Assembly: GCF_006345805.1 (NCBI RefSeq)
Contig: NW_021833422.1
Location: 1 to 64,000 of the forward strand
Direction of reading: 5' to 3'
Source: Octopus sinensis
Taxonomy: Eukaryota
DNA: 64,000 nucleotides
A program made the position numbers and the translations under genes. Shown one piece after another: positions 11,581 through 24,180 of this stretch (positions are counted from its first letter, which is position 1; each line of letters begins with the position of its first letter). Below the pieces are notes generated by a model that was not told the origin of the DNA, searched no databases, and worked only from the letters and a program-made list of their open reading frames with translations.

Positions 11581-12399
11581 GTTGTCTTGAATAATGGTAG
11601 ACAGAAAGTCAAAAGTTGTTATTTTTTTTAATGACAAATGGCGTTAGTTGATCGTCTTGAATGATCCTAGTCCCAACTGCAAAACCAATCTTTGGATTGT
11701 TATCTTTCCTTTCCAAAAGGAACATAGTCAGAAGCTAGCGTTTTGTCTTCTGGAAATTCATGCTCAGACGCAGGCATGGCAGCTATATTTACAAAGCCCG
11801 CTTTACTATCGCTTGGTTTCTGATTCACTTTTACTGCATTGTGCATTAGGCAAGTATTTTCTATTAGAGCCCCAGGCCAATCGCCCGGTCTGAGATTCGA
11901 ACCTGCGATCCCTCGACCGCGAGTCCGCTGCTTTAACCACTAGGCCATGTGCCTCCGCTTTGGTCTTTTAGTGTTGTTAAAATTAAGAAGCATCATTATG
12001 TTCCATACGACAAACATCAAGATTGGTAAATCCGAATTCAGTCTTATTGAAGCTTCAATCACTTGAAGAGTGACCCGCTGTTCATGGCCCCTCCGATTTT
12101 AGCGCACATGTTCTAAGGCCTGTTCAGTGTAGGTGACGTCATTCCTGATGGATCTGACTGCCCTGAAACAGATGTAGTGACCAGGACACAAACTTTCGCA
12201 ATAAAGAGTAGCAAACATAGATATCAAGGAAGTCAAGAGGGCAGTAATATAATATGATATATATATATATATTTTTGCCCGCTGAGTAGACTGGCAAAAC
12301 CGCTAAACTACAAATCTCCACAACAATGTTAGAGATGGGTACTAGTGGATTACTGACTGGAACTCACCGTCTTAAGGATCACAAACATATATATTAATT

Positions 12400-12880
12400 T
12401 TGGTACAAAGCAAGCAATTTGAGGGGCTGTGTTCAGTTTTGAGGGGTGAAACTCAGTCAATTATTTCCCCAGTTCTTCACTGATAGCTTATTTTATTGAC
12501 CCAGTTAATGACTGGTGCTTTGTTTTTATCGATTAGGAATCGATAAAAAGCGAATTGGCGCAATTTGAATTCAGAACGTAAAGACTGAAAAATTGTCAAG
12601 TATTTTGTCTGACAAAGTAACGAATAAGCCAGCTCGCCGCTTAAAGGGTTATGAATAATCTTTCCTGCTATAAGCACAAAGTCTGAAATTTAGGGGTGGG
12701 GGAGGAGGCTAGACGATTACATTGACCTTAGTACATACCTGATACTTATTTTATCGACCTCGGAATGGATGAAAGACGAAGTCGACCTCGGTAGGATTTG
12801 AACTCAGAACATAATGACGGACGTAATGTCGCTAAGCATTTTGACTGTCACGCTAAAGATTTTGTCGGCTCACCGCCTTA
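12400..12880 (-). mobile_element. Two tandem family-B SINE copies
   Basis: Two GAATTTGAACTCAGAAC-type B-box regions and two GCTCGCCGC/GCTCACCGCC heads on the minus strand. Confidence 0.75.
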
Positions 12881-14029
12881 AGTCCTCCTAACAATGGCCA
12901 CACTAAAATCGGAATTGAGACTAGAACATCGTCGTCCAGTCCGCCATTCCCCTCGGCCCTATTTCCCGCAATAATCTCATACTCAACCGAGCAGAGGAAG
13001 GGGCCTCGATGAACCTGATTTAAGAATTTTAATAGCCTCAAAATCTCGCGAACGTATGTCGACTTGAGTTCACTATACAAGGTAAAATATGGACACTATG
13101 GTCGCAGTTGTTACGGCTTTGATCATTAGAGGCGCTCAGTAAGGGTCGACCTAGGATTAAACAGCTACAGCAATAATACTCTGAACAACAAGAAAAATAC
13201 CCAGAAAATAATAATCTACCTAAATATGCAGATTAATTGATAAAATTGTTATTAATAACAATTTCAAAACATTAATATCATTAAAACGATATTATTGAAA
13301 GCAATAAAATAAAAAAAAACAACAACAACAATTACTACTACTACTACTATTACTACTACTACAACTGCGTCGATAATCGTGAAACACTGTTTAATCCGTT
13401 GTTAAACAAAGTTTACGTTGTTTGCACCGAATGAACCCGCTCTATCATTTCGTCCGTGATAAGAACGTCACCACAATAGATCTGTGACTTCCTGTTCAAC
13501 GTTGTATCTCATTCTTAAAATGGCTGCCGTCTGGAGGAAATAGCGATTGTTCTAGGCCACACAATGTCCACACTTAGCTGCTGCCTACTTCACAGCTTAC
13601 TTAAGTGGGATAAACTAACGGCAATCATTCCAGAATAATGCGTGTTATTTGCGTATGTGAGTGTACCTGTGTGTGTGTTTGTGTGTGTGAGGAGGCGGTG
13701 CCGTACTTGTTGAGGACAAATATGTGTAGATGCAGAGGCGTGTGTGAGTATAAGCGCAGATACTTGTGTTTTTACATCCACACATACACGCAAATACGAG
13801 TGTGTGTGTGTGTCTGGATGTCTGTGTATATGTGTAGGTGCTTGTATTTATCTACGCTGGAATATATAAGAATTCTTTTCATTCTTACCATTTCTCTTCC
13901 CACCTGACTCTCTTATATATATATATTTATATATATATGTATATATATAGAGGTGCGTGTGTGCGAGCGAGCGTGTATATGTGCGTGTCTGTGTGTGCGT
14001 ATGTGTGCCCTTTTTCACATAATTCTATA

Positions 14030-14250
14030 CAAAAATTTATTTTAGATTTTGGCACCAGGCCAGCAGTTCCGGAGGCAAGGCAAAGTCGATCAAATCGGCC
14101 CCAGTGCTCGGCTGGTACTTATTTCATCCACCCCGAAATAATGAAAGACAAAGTGTCGATCTCGGTGAAATTTGAACTCAGAACGTAAAGACGGACGAAA
14201 TGCCGCTGAGCATTTTGCCCGGCGTGCTAACGATTCTACCAGCTCGCCGA
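14030..14250 (-). mobile_element. Family-B SINE
   Basis: TTTTGGCACCAGGCCAGCA..AAATTTGAACTCAGAACGTAAAGAC..ACCAGCTCGCC. Confidence 0.8.
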
Positions 14251-14711
14251 ATTAAAACTGTCAAATGTTGAATTGAAGAAAGCGATGAGTTGGCAGAATT
14301 GTTAGCACACCGGACGAAATGCGTAGCCGTATTCAGACTTGAAGAACTTTAGTCGAACTAATCAATCCCGGTGAGTTATTTACTTTTTAAGGCTGATGCT
14401 TATTCTATTGGTCTCTTTTGCCGAACCGATAGATAATAGGGACATAAACACACCAACACCGGTTGTCGAGCGGTGGTGGTGGACAAACACAGACACAAAC
14501 GCACACACGTTAATTCTTTTATTTGTTTCAGTCATTTGACTGTGGCCCCAGAATTTATTCTTTGTAAGCTTCGCATTTATTCTATCGGTTTCCCTTGCCG
14601 AACCTTTAAGATCAGTTGTCAAGCGTGGGTGTTAGTGTGTGGTGGTAATGGATACAAACACAGTTTATGCTCATAAATTATAGGTAAAAGCATGAGTTTA
14701 TCAAGAATCAA

Positions 14712-14883
14712 AATTTAAAGAAAACAGAAAATAGAGAAATATTGATGACCAGCAATTGACTTACATCAATTATTTATTAATTCAATACAAATGCAGTCTA
14801 TTTGTGCTGAATTAATAAAAGATAATTGATGTAAGTCAATTGCTGGTCATCAATATTTCTCTATTTTCTGTTTTCTTTAAATT
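14712..14883. repeat. 172-bp near-perfect palindrome (foldback/MITE-like)
   Basis: AATTTAAAGAAAACAGAAAATAGAGAAATATTGATGACCAGCAATTGACTTACATCAATTAT.. mirrored by ..ATAATTGATGTAAGTCAATTGCTGGTCATCAATATTTCTCTATTTTCTGTTTTCTTTAAATT. Confidence 0.9.
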
Positions 14884-14959
14884 ATACACACACACACACA
14901 CACATACACATATATATATATACACACACACAGACATATATAGATATACACACACACAT

Positions 14960-14990
<31 letters not shown>

Positions 14991-15420
14991 AACACACATA
15001 TTTATACACACATATATATATATACACACATACGCACATATAGATATACACACACACATATATACACACATACACATATATAATCAGACATACACACATA
15101 CACACACACACACACATATATATGTTCGTGTGTGTATGCATATGTTCGATATTACAAAGGCCTGCTGGTTAGGGTGTTTGTTCGCAAGGTCGTGGTTTCG
15201 ATTCCCAAACCGGGCGCTGGGTTGAGTTCTTGAGCAAAACACTTCATTTTACGTTGTTTCAGTCTACGCACTTTGCAAATGGCTAAATCTGTCGCGGTCA
15301 AGTGTTCCGCTCAGGAGAAATGCAGATCTGCTCGACTGACCAACAATGCGAGGCAACAAATCGTGACCGGCGATGCATAACAAATATCCGATAGTCTGGT
15401 CGAGACACTGGTACAGAAAA

Positions 15421-15455
<35 letters not shown>

Positions 15456-15569
15456 CGTATATACACACGCATATATATAAAGATCCAAGGATCGAAGTGT
15501 AGGAAGCTAGTAAGTTTCGAGGAATCTGTAGAAGGTATAAAAAACGACTTTCAGGACAAACATTATTTT

Positions 15570-15780
15570 CTATTATAAGCACAAGGCCTGAAATTTTGAG
15601 GGAGGGGGCCAGTCGATTAGATCGACCCCAGTACGCAACAGGTACTTAATTAACCTTCCCCAAATGGATAAAAGGCAAAGTCGACCTCGACGGAATTTGA
15701 ACTCAGAACGTAAAGACAGACGAAATACCACCAAGCATTTCACCCGGCGTGCTAACGATTCTGCCAAATCATCGCCTTAA
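15570..15780 (-). mobile_element. Family-B SINE
   Basis: TTATAAGCACAAGGCCTGAAATTTTG..AAAGGCAAAGTCGACCTCGACGGAATTTGAACTCAGAACG..CATCGCC. Confidence 0.85.
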
Positions 15781-16174
15781 CTTTGAGGACAAATATTGGT
15801 TTATTGACGTAGAAGGTTGTAAAGTTATTTTAGAGTTCACGGTTAACAATTGGGGTTGCTGCGTAAGTGAATAAAAATCCAAATTTAGGGAATGGAGCCG
15901 ATAAAATCCAAGCTCCATATGTTTTCTAGTTAGCAGGACCTCGGAAGTTGTAATTACTCAACGAAGAGTACTCCACTAGGTACTCCCCATGCCGAAGATA
16001 CCTTAGTTAAATGAAGGTTATATTATTGTTAAGGAATCCCAAGTTAACTCGCAGGAGATCTGATTGAGAATTTAGATATACATACATATATACAAACACA
16101 CATACATATATATATATAAAATATATACATGCACACATATATATACAAACACACACATACATACAAACACACAG

Positions 16175-16285
16175 ATAGGTGGGTAAATAGATAGATGGAT
16201 AGATAGATAGGAGGGTGGGTAGATAGGTGGGTGGGTAGATAGACAGACAGATAGACAGTCAGATAGACAGACTGATAGACAGACT

Positions 16286-16355
<70 letters not shown>
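16175..16355. repeat. (GATA)n/(GACA)n tetranucleotide microsatellite
   Basis: Direct reading. Confidence 0.9.
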
Positions 16356-16693
16356 AAGGAGGAAACATAAATTAAAATCTTGAGCAGTACTTGTTTAGCT
16401 CTTCATTCGGATGAAACGTGCCTAACTAAATTGTCCAGTGAAAGCCATATTAAAATGACTTCCCGCTGCCTGTCCAATTTGTAAATCCAAAGTTCAAATG
16501 CAAAATACAGGAATAAATTTAGTCTAAAGCCACAGAATATAGTAGAATTACACAAAGAATGGAAAATTACGTATTCTTTAATTCACTTGCGCATTTCGGA
16601 TAGATTGGCATTTCAAAATTCTGCGATGCAGAAGTCATACATATTAATCGATCTTAGAGGATCAAATTGGGATCGATTAATATGTATGATTTA

Positions 16694-16734
<41 letters not shown>

Positions 16735-17157
16735 TGTGTGTGTGTGAATTAGAATGGTACATAGAGAGATACTTATTAGATATGTAATGTATAGAGATTT
16801 TAGAGGGATTAAAGCCACTCTTAATGACCTGTACGGACACTGTTTCTTGTTATGCAACCATGATATATTACAAAATATATTAAACGTTTTTATAAGACAA
16901 TACTGTGTTCTACCGTGTTAGCAGTGCTCTTACATCAGTTGTTGAGATTATTTCTGCAGTTTTTCCATTGAAATTAAAGCTAACACTGACTTTTTTTTTA
17001 CGATGTTTCGTATCCCAGACGCCTGATACGTACGATACGTCGTAATAAAAAAAGATGATGGCTATAATTCCTATCTAAAAACCTGTAGAGATAACGGTAA
17101 CAAGTAGCCCTTTATTTCAGGGTTCGAAGATACTGCAGCCATCAGCAATTGCTGATA

Positions 17158-17560
17158 GGCGTAGGAGTGGCTGTGTAGTAAGTAGCTTGCTTACGAACCA
17201 CGTGGTTCCGGGTTCAGTCCCACTGCGTGGCACCTTGGGCAATTTTCTTCTAATATAGCCTTGAGCCGACCAAAGCCTTGTGAGTGGATTTGGTAGACGA
17301 AAACTGAAAGAAGCCTGTCATATATGTGTGTGTGTGTGTGTGTGTGGTGTGTGTGTATGTGTTTGTCCCCCCAACATCGCTTGACAACCGATGGTGGTGT
17401 GTTTACGTTCCCGCAACTTAGCGGTTCGACAAAAGAGACGGATAGAATAAGTACTAGCCTTACAAAGAATAAGTCCTGAGGTCTATTTGCTCGACTAAAA
17501 GCGGTGCTCCAGCATGGCCACTGTCAAATGACTGAAACAAGTAAAAGAGAGAGAGAGGGT
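17158..17560 (+). mobile_element. Family-A SINE, full length
   Basis: Same head, core and tail as 7387-7824. Confidence 0.9.
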
Positions 17561-17749
17561 AAAAAGAGAGAATAAGTAATGCTACTCGCTTCTCTCATAC
17601 CAGTTTTCTACAAATGGTCTTTTTGCCTTGTTCGAAATGATTTCCAGTAAATAGTTCTTCAGATTTTTCATAGCATTTGGCAAAGACTAGCAATCCCCCG
17701 CCCCCGTGAAAATGCGTGGCAGACTGTTTAGAATGTTGTATTCATAAGC

Positions 17750-18215
17750 CCCCAAATTTGTTCCAAATCCTGGGCCTCTCTAACAAGGGAATCTCTCCAG
17801 GAAAATGCACATCCTTTACATAGCTAGGACTGCATCCCAAAGACTAGCCCTTCATTTCAGGGTCCGAAGATACTTCAGCCATCAGCAGCTGCTGATGGCC
17901 TACAAGACTCAAGTAAGGCCCACAATACAGTATTGTACCCACATATACGCACAATAATACCCTGGACCCTCTCCTGGTCCAGCCGGATGATTGTTGTTTC
18001 AACTCTACTCGGGATCCCTGCCCTACTCACGTGCCGTTTCCTGTCTTTTCTGTCGCTACTCTAATTGCCTTTGTTTCGTGGAACTGAATGGTCCCGTACA
18101 TCCATCACCCTTCACCCTCAATCTTTCTTCTCCACAGCAGCTCCTGGAATTTTCTAGTTCATATCTTACCCGAAGGTATCACGGAACATTAACGGTGCCA
18201 GAAGGAGAACCTGTC
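17750..18215 (+). pseudogene. Degraded CR1/L2-like LINE ORF2 C-terminal fragment
   Basis: Manual translation across frameshifts: ILGL..NLSRKMHILYIARTASQRLALHFRVRRYFSHQQLLMAYKTQVRPTIQYCTHI and LPYSRAVSCLFCRYSNCLCFVEL, resembling post-RT motifs of CR1/L2-type elements; a 55-bp near-duplicate of this segment lies at about 17105-17157. Confidence 0.65.
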
Positions 18216-18274
18216 TTTCATATACATACATTACACACACAGTCACACACATACACACATGTATATACATATAC

Positions 18275-18490
18275 TCTTTTACTCTTTTACTTGTTTCAGT
18301 CATTTGACTGCGGCCATGCTGGAGCACCGCCTTTAATCGAGCAACTCGACCCCCGGGACTTATTCTTTTGTAAGCCCAGTACTTATTCTATCGGTCTATT
18401 TTGCCGAACCGCTAAGTGACAGGGACATAAACACACCAGCATCGGTTGTCAAGCAATGCTAGGGGGACAAACACAGACACACAAACATAT
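18275..18490 (-). mobile_element. Family-A SINE 3' half
   Basis: TTTTACTTGTTTCAGTCATTTGACTGCGGCCATGCTGGAGCACCGCC..GGGACAAACAC. Confidence 0.88.
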
Positions 18491-19103
18491 AGCTAAATAT
18501 AAATACATACATATATACATACGTACACATAAAATCAATTTTCTAGTTCAAAGTCGATAAATAAACCACCAGTTCAATATTTGGTCGATTCTTCCCCACC
18601 TCTGTTTCCCTTTTCTTTTTTATTTTCTGTAGACGACACAGGATGTGTTCAGATCGGGATAAGTCGGGTTTCCTCAAGATTAAAAAAGAAGCCAATACAA
18701 GTCCTATGTTGTGACTGCCTTACATATCTATGTCTCCTTATGGATTTAAACATTCCCCGTATACTTACACGCACACACATTTGTGTGTATATATGTGTAT
18801 ATATAAATGTATATATAAATAAGTATATATACACACACACATACATATGTATTATATATATATGTGTATATATATATACACACACACATACGTATGTATT
18901 ATATATATATTTATATATATATATATATATATACATACACACACACATACGTATGTATTATATATATATATGTGTGTGTATATATATATTTATACATATA
19001 TGCACACACACACACGTATACCTGTATGTATGTATGTGTGTATATATATATATATATTCACACACGTATACACACATACACACACACACACACCACACAC
19101 ACA

Positions 19104-19147
<44 letters not shown>

Positions 19148-19162
19148 ACACACATACATATG

Positions 19163-19202
<40 letters not shown>

Positions 19203-19574
19203 GCATACATACATACTTAGTTTTGGGGTTTCCGTATGTGTATGTGCTTCGGTCATTACTAGTATTATTGTTTGTACGTGTTATGCCCAGTAAAAAATAT
19301 CAATTGTTTTGTACTCAACGACCCTGGAATCAGACGTGCCTTAAGTAAATACAACTTCACTCCTGCCTGTCATATTCGCTATTTCCACTCTCTTATTTTC
19401 TCTTTCATTATTTGTAATCTCAATAGTTTTTATTGGGATTGTCATTACCGTTGGTATTGGTGGTGGTGGTGGCCGTTGTCGTCTTGAGATTCTGGCGCCA
19501 TTGTTGTTGCTGTTCTTGTTATGTTTAAAGGACGGAATGATATGACTATTGGAGGATGGTCTCCGGTTTGTGTT

Positions 19575-19882
19575 GCATTGTTTGTTCCTTCTCTAGCCAT
19601 GCCTGGCTCATAAGGGCCGGTTTCCCGGTTTCCTTAACGTATAGGTTCCCCACCTGGACGGGACGCCGGTCCGTCGCAGGTGAGCTGCAAGATGCAGGAG
19701 GAAAGAGTGAGAGAAAGTTGTGGCGAAAAAGTCAGCAGAAGTTTCGCCATTACCTTCTGCCGGAGCCGCGTGGAGCTTAGGTGTTTCGCTCATAAACACA
19801 CACATTGCCCGGTCTGAGATTCGAACCCGCGATCCCTCAACCGTGAGGCCGCTGCTCTAACCACTAGGCCATGTGCCTCCAC
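19575..19882 (-). mobile_element. Family-C SINE, tail variant 2
   Basis: TTGTTCCTTCTCTAGCCATGCC..GGACGGGACGCC..GAGATTCGAACCCGCGATCCC..CTAACCACTAGGCCATGTGCCTCCA. Confidence 0.88.
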
Positions 19883-19934
19883 TTTGTGTTGCATGCTTTC
19901 CTTGTTTCTAATTCTCTATTTATTGAAATAGAAG

Positions 19935-20308
19935 TTTGCATTTTGGGGCAAAACAGCAAGGTACTGGGTTCAGTTCCTCTGCGTGGATCCTTGAGCAAGT
20001 GTCTTCTATAGCATCGAACCAACCAAAGCGTTGTGAGTGGGTTTTGTGGACGGAAACTAAAAGAAGCCCGTCATATATTAGTATGTGTGAGAATCTGTGT
20101 CTGCATTTGTCCCCCACCACCGCTTAGCAACCAATGTTGCTGTGCTTACGTCTCTATAACTTAGCGGTTGGGCAAGAGCGAATCGATTGTATACTTACCA
20201 GGCTTTATAAAAAATAATTACTGGGGCCTATTCGCTCGATTATAAATTCTTCAAGGCAGTGCTCCAGCATGGCCGCAGTCTAATGACTGAAACAAGTAAA
20301 AAGTAAGA
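19935..20308 (+). mobile_element. Family-A SINE, older diverged copy
   Basis: GGGTTCAGTTCC..CCTTGAGCAAGTGTCTTCTATAG..GCTCCAGCATGGCCGCAGTCTAATGACTGAAACAAGTAAA. Confidence 0.75.
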
Positions 20309-21231
20309 TACAGATACGATCCACCCGATGGGCTTCTCTGCAGTTTCCCCCCACGAAGTACTGGCCGTCACTAGGCAATAGAAAATAAGAGTGGGTTAAC
20401 ACGACACCCTGCTGGATTGAACCCGGAACTTTTCATGGGTTCCACCTTCGACAAGAACCTATTGTTGGTCCAGAAGCCCTATAAGTACAGGCATGTTTGA
20501 GCAGTCCGCGAATTTTTTTTCCCACGAGAGTTCCGGACCCCAGTAATGAATTCATTTGCATGCAGCCCGTCAGAGCTCACCTTGAAAATCCACATACCGT
20601 GTACTACTACAGCGCAGCCAGTCAGGCATAGAATGGTGCATGTCACTCTGTGAATACAGCATAACAGGTCTCACAGAAGCATCACATTCTCACCCCCACC
20701 ACACTGTCCTCATAGATCAATTGAGTACCATCTCTATATGGAGCTAACCTTAGGTACCTATGCTCAGACTGAGATTAGTAATACTGCATATACATATGTA
20801 CCCAATGAGGGCACAATACAACCCAACGTCATTTTGATTACGATGTTTCCAGATCAGCACCAACATTTAAAATTAGGAATGTACAAAATCAGTCAAAAAA
20901 TTAGGAAAATACACTCATTTACATTTTCTAGTAAATTACGCAAATTGGCAACACTTCTGGCATCATCGGTGAGCAGCTCTCCATTCCCTTTATACACTAA
21001 ATTTCACATTTGTCACCCCTATTAACCCGTTTAGATCAATTAGATTTTGCTATAAGGCACATTTTCCTGTGAACTCAACCAGAGTATTTTCGTGACTAGG
21101 TGGACGCTAGTTTGATAGCTGAGATCTGATTGGCTGTATGCAAACGAGTTCATAACTGGGGTCCGAAACTCTCCTGAGGAAAAAAATTTCGCGAGCGATC
21201 CAGAAGCTCGACTCTTAAGGAAGGGGTTTTG

Positions 21232-21520
21232 GGATCAGTCCCACTGCGTGGTACCTTGGACAAATGTCTTCTACTATAAGCCCGAGCTGACCAATGCCTT
21301 GTGTGTGCGTGTGTGTGATTGTGTCCCACCATCACCACCATCGCTGGATAACAGGTCTTGGTTTGTTTCTATCCCCGTAACTTAACGATTCGGCAAAGAA
21401 AAAAAAAACAATAGAAGAGGTAACAGACTTAACAAATACTTGGGTCGAAGTGTTTGGCTAAAATCCTTCAAGGCAGTGTCCCAGAATGGCCGCATCCCTG
21501 GTGACTGAAACAAGTCAAAG
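21232..21520 (+). mobile_element. Family-A SINE, diverged
   Basis: TCAGTCCCACTGCGTGGTACCTTGGACAAATG..TGACTGAAACAAG. Confidence 0.72.
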
Positions 21521-21630
21521 ATGAAAGGCATAGACATGTGCAAGTATGGAACTGAAGCGCTAAGCAGTGACGTGTGTGAATATAAAGTCGTTACCACTAT
21601 GCCATATGCCCACCGGCATATGGCGTAGTG

Positions 21631-21941
21631 TGGAGGCGCAATGGCCCAGTGGTTAGGGCAGCGGACTCGCGGTGGGAGGATCGCGGTTTCGATTCCCACA
21701 CCGGGTGTTGTGTATGTTTATTGAGCGAAAACACCTAAAGTTCCACGATGCTCCGTAGGGGGTGGTGGCGACCCCTGTTGTACTCTTTCACCCCAACTTT
21801 CACTCTTCCTGTTTCTTGAGTAACGCTGCGATGGACTGGCGTCCCGTCCAACTGGGGAAACACATATGCTATACAAACCGGGTAACCGGGCCGGACCATG
21901 AGTCAGGCTAGGCTTGAAAAGGGCGCATAAATAAAATAAAA
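21631..21941 (+). mobile_element. Family-C SINE (tail variant 2) with 13-bp TSD
   Basis: ATATGGCGTAGTG at 21618-21630 and 21942-21954 flanks the insert. Confidence 0.9.
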
Positions 21942-22078
21942 ATATGGCGTAGTGGTTAAAAGTGCGGGCTACTAACCCCAAGATTCCGAGTTCGATTCCA
22001 GGCAGTTACATGAATGATAATAATAATAATATCGAAAGATACCTTAGGAATGAGAACCCAGGTTCGAAATTTCTCCAA

Positions 22079-22124
22079 GACACCTGAAGAAGGCTGGAGA
22101 GTATATCAGCCGAAACGTTGTGTT
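22079..22124 (+). ncRNA. Minimal type I hammerhead ribozyme motif
   Basis: GACAC-CUGAAGA-A-GGCUG-gagaguauau-CAGCC-GAAAC-GUU-GUGUU: intact core, 5-bp stem I, 5-bp stem II, palindromic ACGU stem III, GUU cleavage triplet. Confidence 0.72.
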
Positions 22125-22632
22125 AACAACAAACAAGATGAGGACAGATATCCATCAAATGTAAATAATGTAAAGAATGTAAATAACGTACATAATTCCT
22201 CATCTCTTAAATATAGAACTGTATTAAGTGGTTACCAGTTCAAATATGCTAGAGGCATGTTCGAACCAGTAACAAGGCCATTTACTATGTGTGTGTGTGT
22301 GTGTGTGTGTACGTGTTTCTTTTGAGTTGTCTATTGGTTAGAATGCTGGGTTCGATCCCTGGATTAGGAGTGACTGAGAGGAAGTGGCATGAGGAATGTT
22401 TATATCTCCTGTTAAAGCGTGTTTGTTGTTCGCGTAGGCGGCTGCGCGCGCGCGAGCGTCTGTATATATGTGTGTGTGTGTGTGTTGTGTGTGTGTGCGT
22501 TTATGTTTGTTATTGTGTGTTATGGTCCGTATACTCATTTGTGTACATAAACAGGCAATAAATTGCAAGCATGCTGTGTTTAGCGAGCTAAATACTAAGT
22601 CAGATCGTTGTGATAAGAGCGATCTAACGGTT

Positions 22633-22658
22633 GGGGGTGGGGGTGGGGGTGGGGGTGG
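22633..22658 (+). other. Potential G-quadruplex (G5T)4
   Basis: GGGGGTGGGGGTGGGGGTGGGGGTGG. Confidence 0.6.
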
Positions 22659-23127
22659 AAGTGGTTGAGCTTTTATACAAACAAATCTGTAATTCACCAA
22701 TTAAAGAATTAACCGATTGACGTGCAAATTAAGGCGTTGGTTCTTTTCTTCTTTTGCTTTCACTTCTTAGCATTCCTTTCCTGATTTGTCTTGTATTTTG
22801 GAATGACTATAACGAAGCCTTTAATGCTATCTGTGGATCAAAAGACAATTTTAGGGCCGTAGACGTGCTTCGATTCACAACAGAAGGATTCAATTATTTT
22901 TTTTTCCAGCATGAAACTGACGTTTGCAAAGGTTTACCAAGATTATAATATGATTTATTAATAGTTATTATTATTCCTGGGGTTGGTTTACGTCTACCCA
23001 TCGAATCATGGGGTGATAAAATGTTTCTATGTCTGTGATAAGATAAAGACATGTGGCCCAGTGGTTCGAACGTTGCATTCAAGATCGTGATATCACTGTT
23101 TCGATTCCTAGATCAAGCAGTGCTAAG

Positions 23128-23362
23128 GTGGCGAACTGGCAGAAACGCTAGCACGCCGGGCGAAATGCTTAGCAGTATTTCGTCTGCCGCTACATTCTGA
23201 GTTCAAATTCCGCCGAGGTCGACTTTGCCTTTCATCCTTTCGGGGTCGATTAAATAAGTACCAGTTACGCACTGGGGTAGATATAATCGACTTAATCCGT
23301 TTGTCTGTCCTTGTTTGTCCTCTCTGTGTTTAGCCCCTTGTGGGTAGTAAAGAAATAGGTAT
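23128..23362 (+). mobile_element. Family-B SINE, full length, little diverged
   Basis: GGTGGCGAACTGGCAGAAACG..GGGTAGTAAAGAAATAGGTATT. Confidence 0.92.
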
Positions 23363-23364
23363 TC

Positions 23365-24180
23365 TGGTTTCTTGGTAACGGTGTATCTCGAAGCAGATAA
23401 AGCTATAAATAATAGCGAGTAAATATCGAGTTTAAAATCCCTTGGTTTGGCAAAAGGGGATGGCTGCCCGCGTGACACGAACCTATACCCCTACACATCA
23501 CATACACAAATACACAAATCTTTTAGCTGTAGTTATTAAATCTTTAGTCAATAACTATCGACAAAAACAGTCTTTAATCGATGACGAAAAATAAAATATC
23601 CACTTGGTTTTGTGAGTAAATACTTTAATGACAATCTAAATGAACTTAGGGTTTCTCAGAAACAGAATTCAACGAACAATCTAGATAAACATTACAAATA
23701 CAATTAAGCGGAACAGTAAAAATATGCAAGACTTTCCTTAAGTTTACTATGTGGCATTGTTGCTGTTATCTACATTCCAACGATGGGGTTATGTGGCTTT
23801 GTTAGAAGCCAAACCTTTCCTCAGAATAGGAATTTAAGTAACTAAAAACAGAAGAGATATACATACATACATACATACATATATACATATTCTCAAGTTT
23901 ATGATGTGACATTGTTTTTGTTAACTACATTCCAACGATGGAGCTTTATGTCTTTGTTAGAAATCAATTCGTCCTCAGACGAAGAATTCTAATAGTTAAA
24001 AACAAAAGAGGACACACACAACACACACACACACATACGCACTGACATGCACACACACATACTAGCAGCACTATGATGAAATGCAACCCTGACCCTCGCC
24101 TGCGCCTACATATACTCGATATTTACTCGCTATTATTTATAGCTTTATCTGCTTCGAGATACAACGTTACCAAGAAACCA
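23365..24180. mobile_element. MITE-like element bounded by 67-bp inverted repeats
   Basis: 23365-23431 versus 24114-24180 match 66/67 in reverse complement; internal about 105-bp direct repeat (about 23750-23856 and 23905-24010); no TSD recognised. Confidence 0.7.

Larger units (their letters stand above)
21593..22223 (+). mobile_element. Family-E element: tRNA-like head plus hammerhead-bearing Penelope-like tail, interrupted by a family-C SINE
   Basis: Head (G)GCATATGGCGTAGTGGTTAA..GAGTTCGATTCC (A and B boxes); tail ..GACACCTGAAGAAGGCTG..CAGCCGAAACGTTGTG..CTCTTAAATATAGAACTGTA; short inverted copy of its own 5' end at about 21593-21610. Confidence 0.75.

Noticed and set aside
12001-12260. 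Coding-looking stretch on the minus strand (AVRSIRNDVTYTEQALEHVR*)
   Set aside because: In-frame stops in all frames and no motif I can assign.
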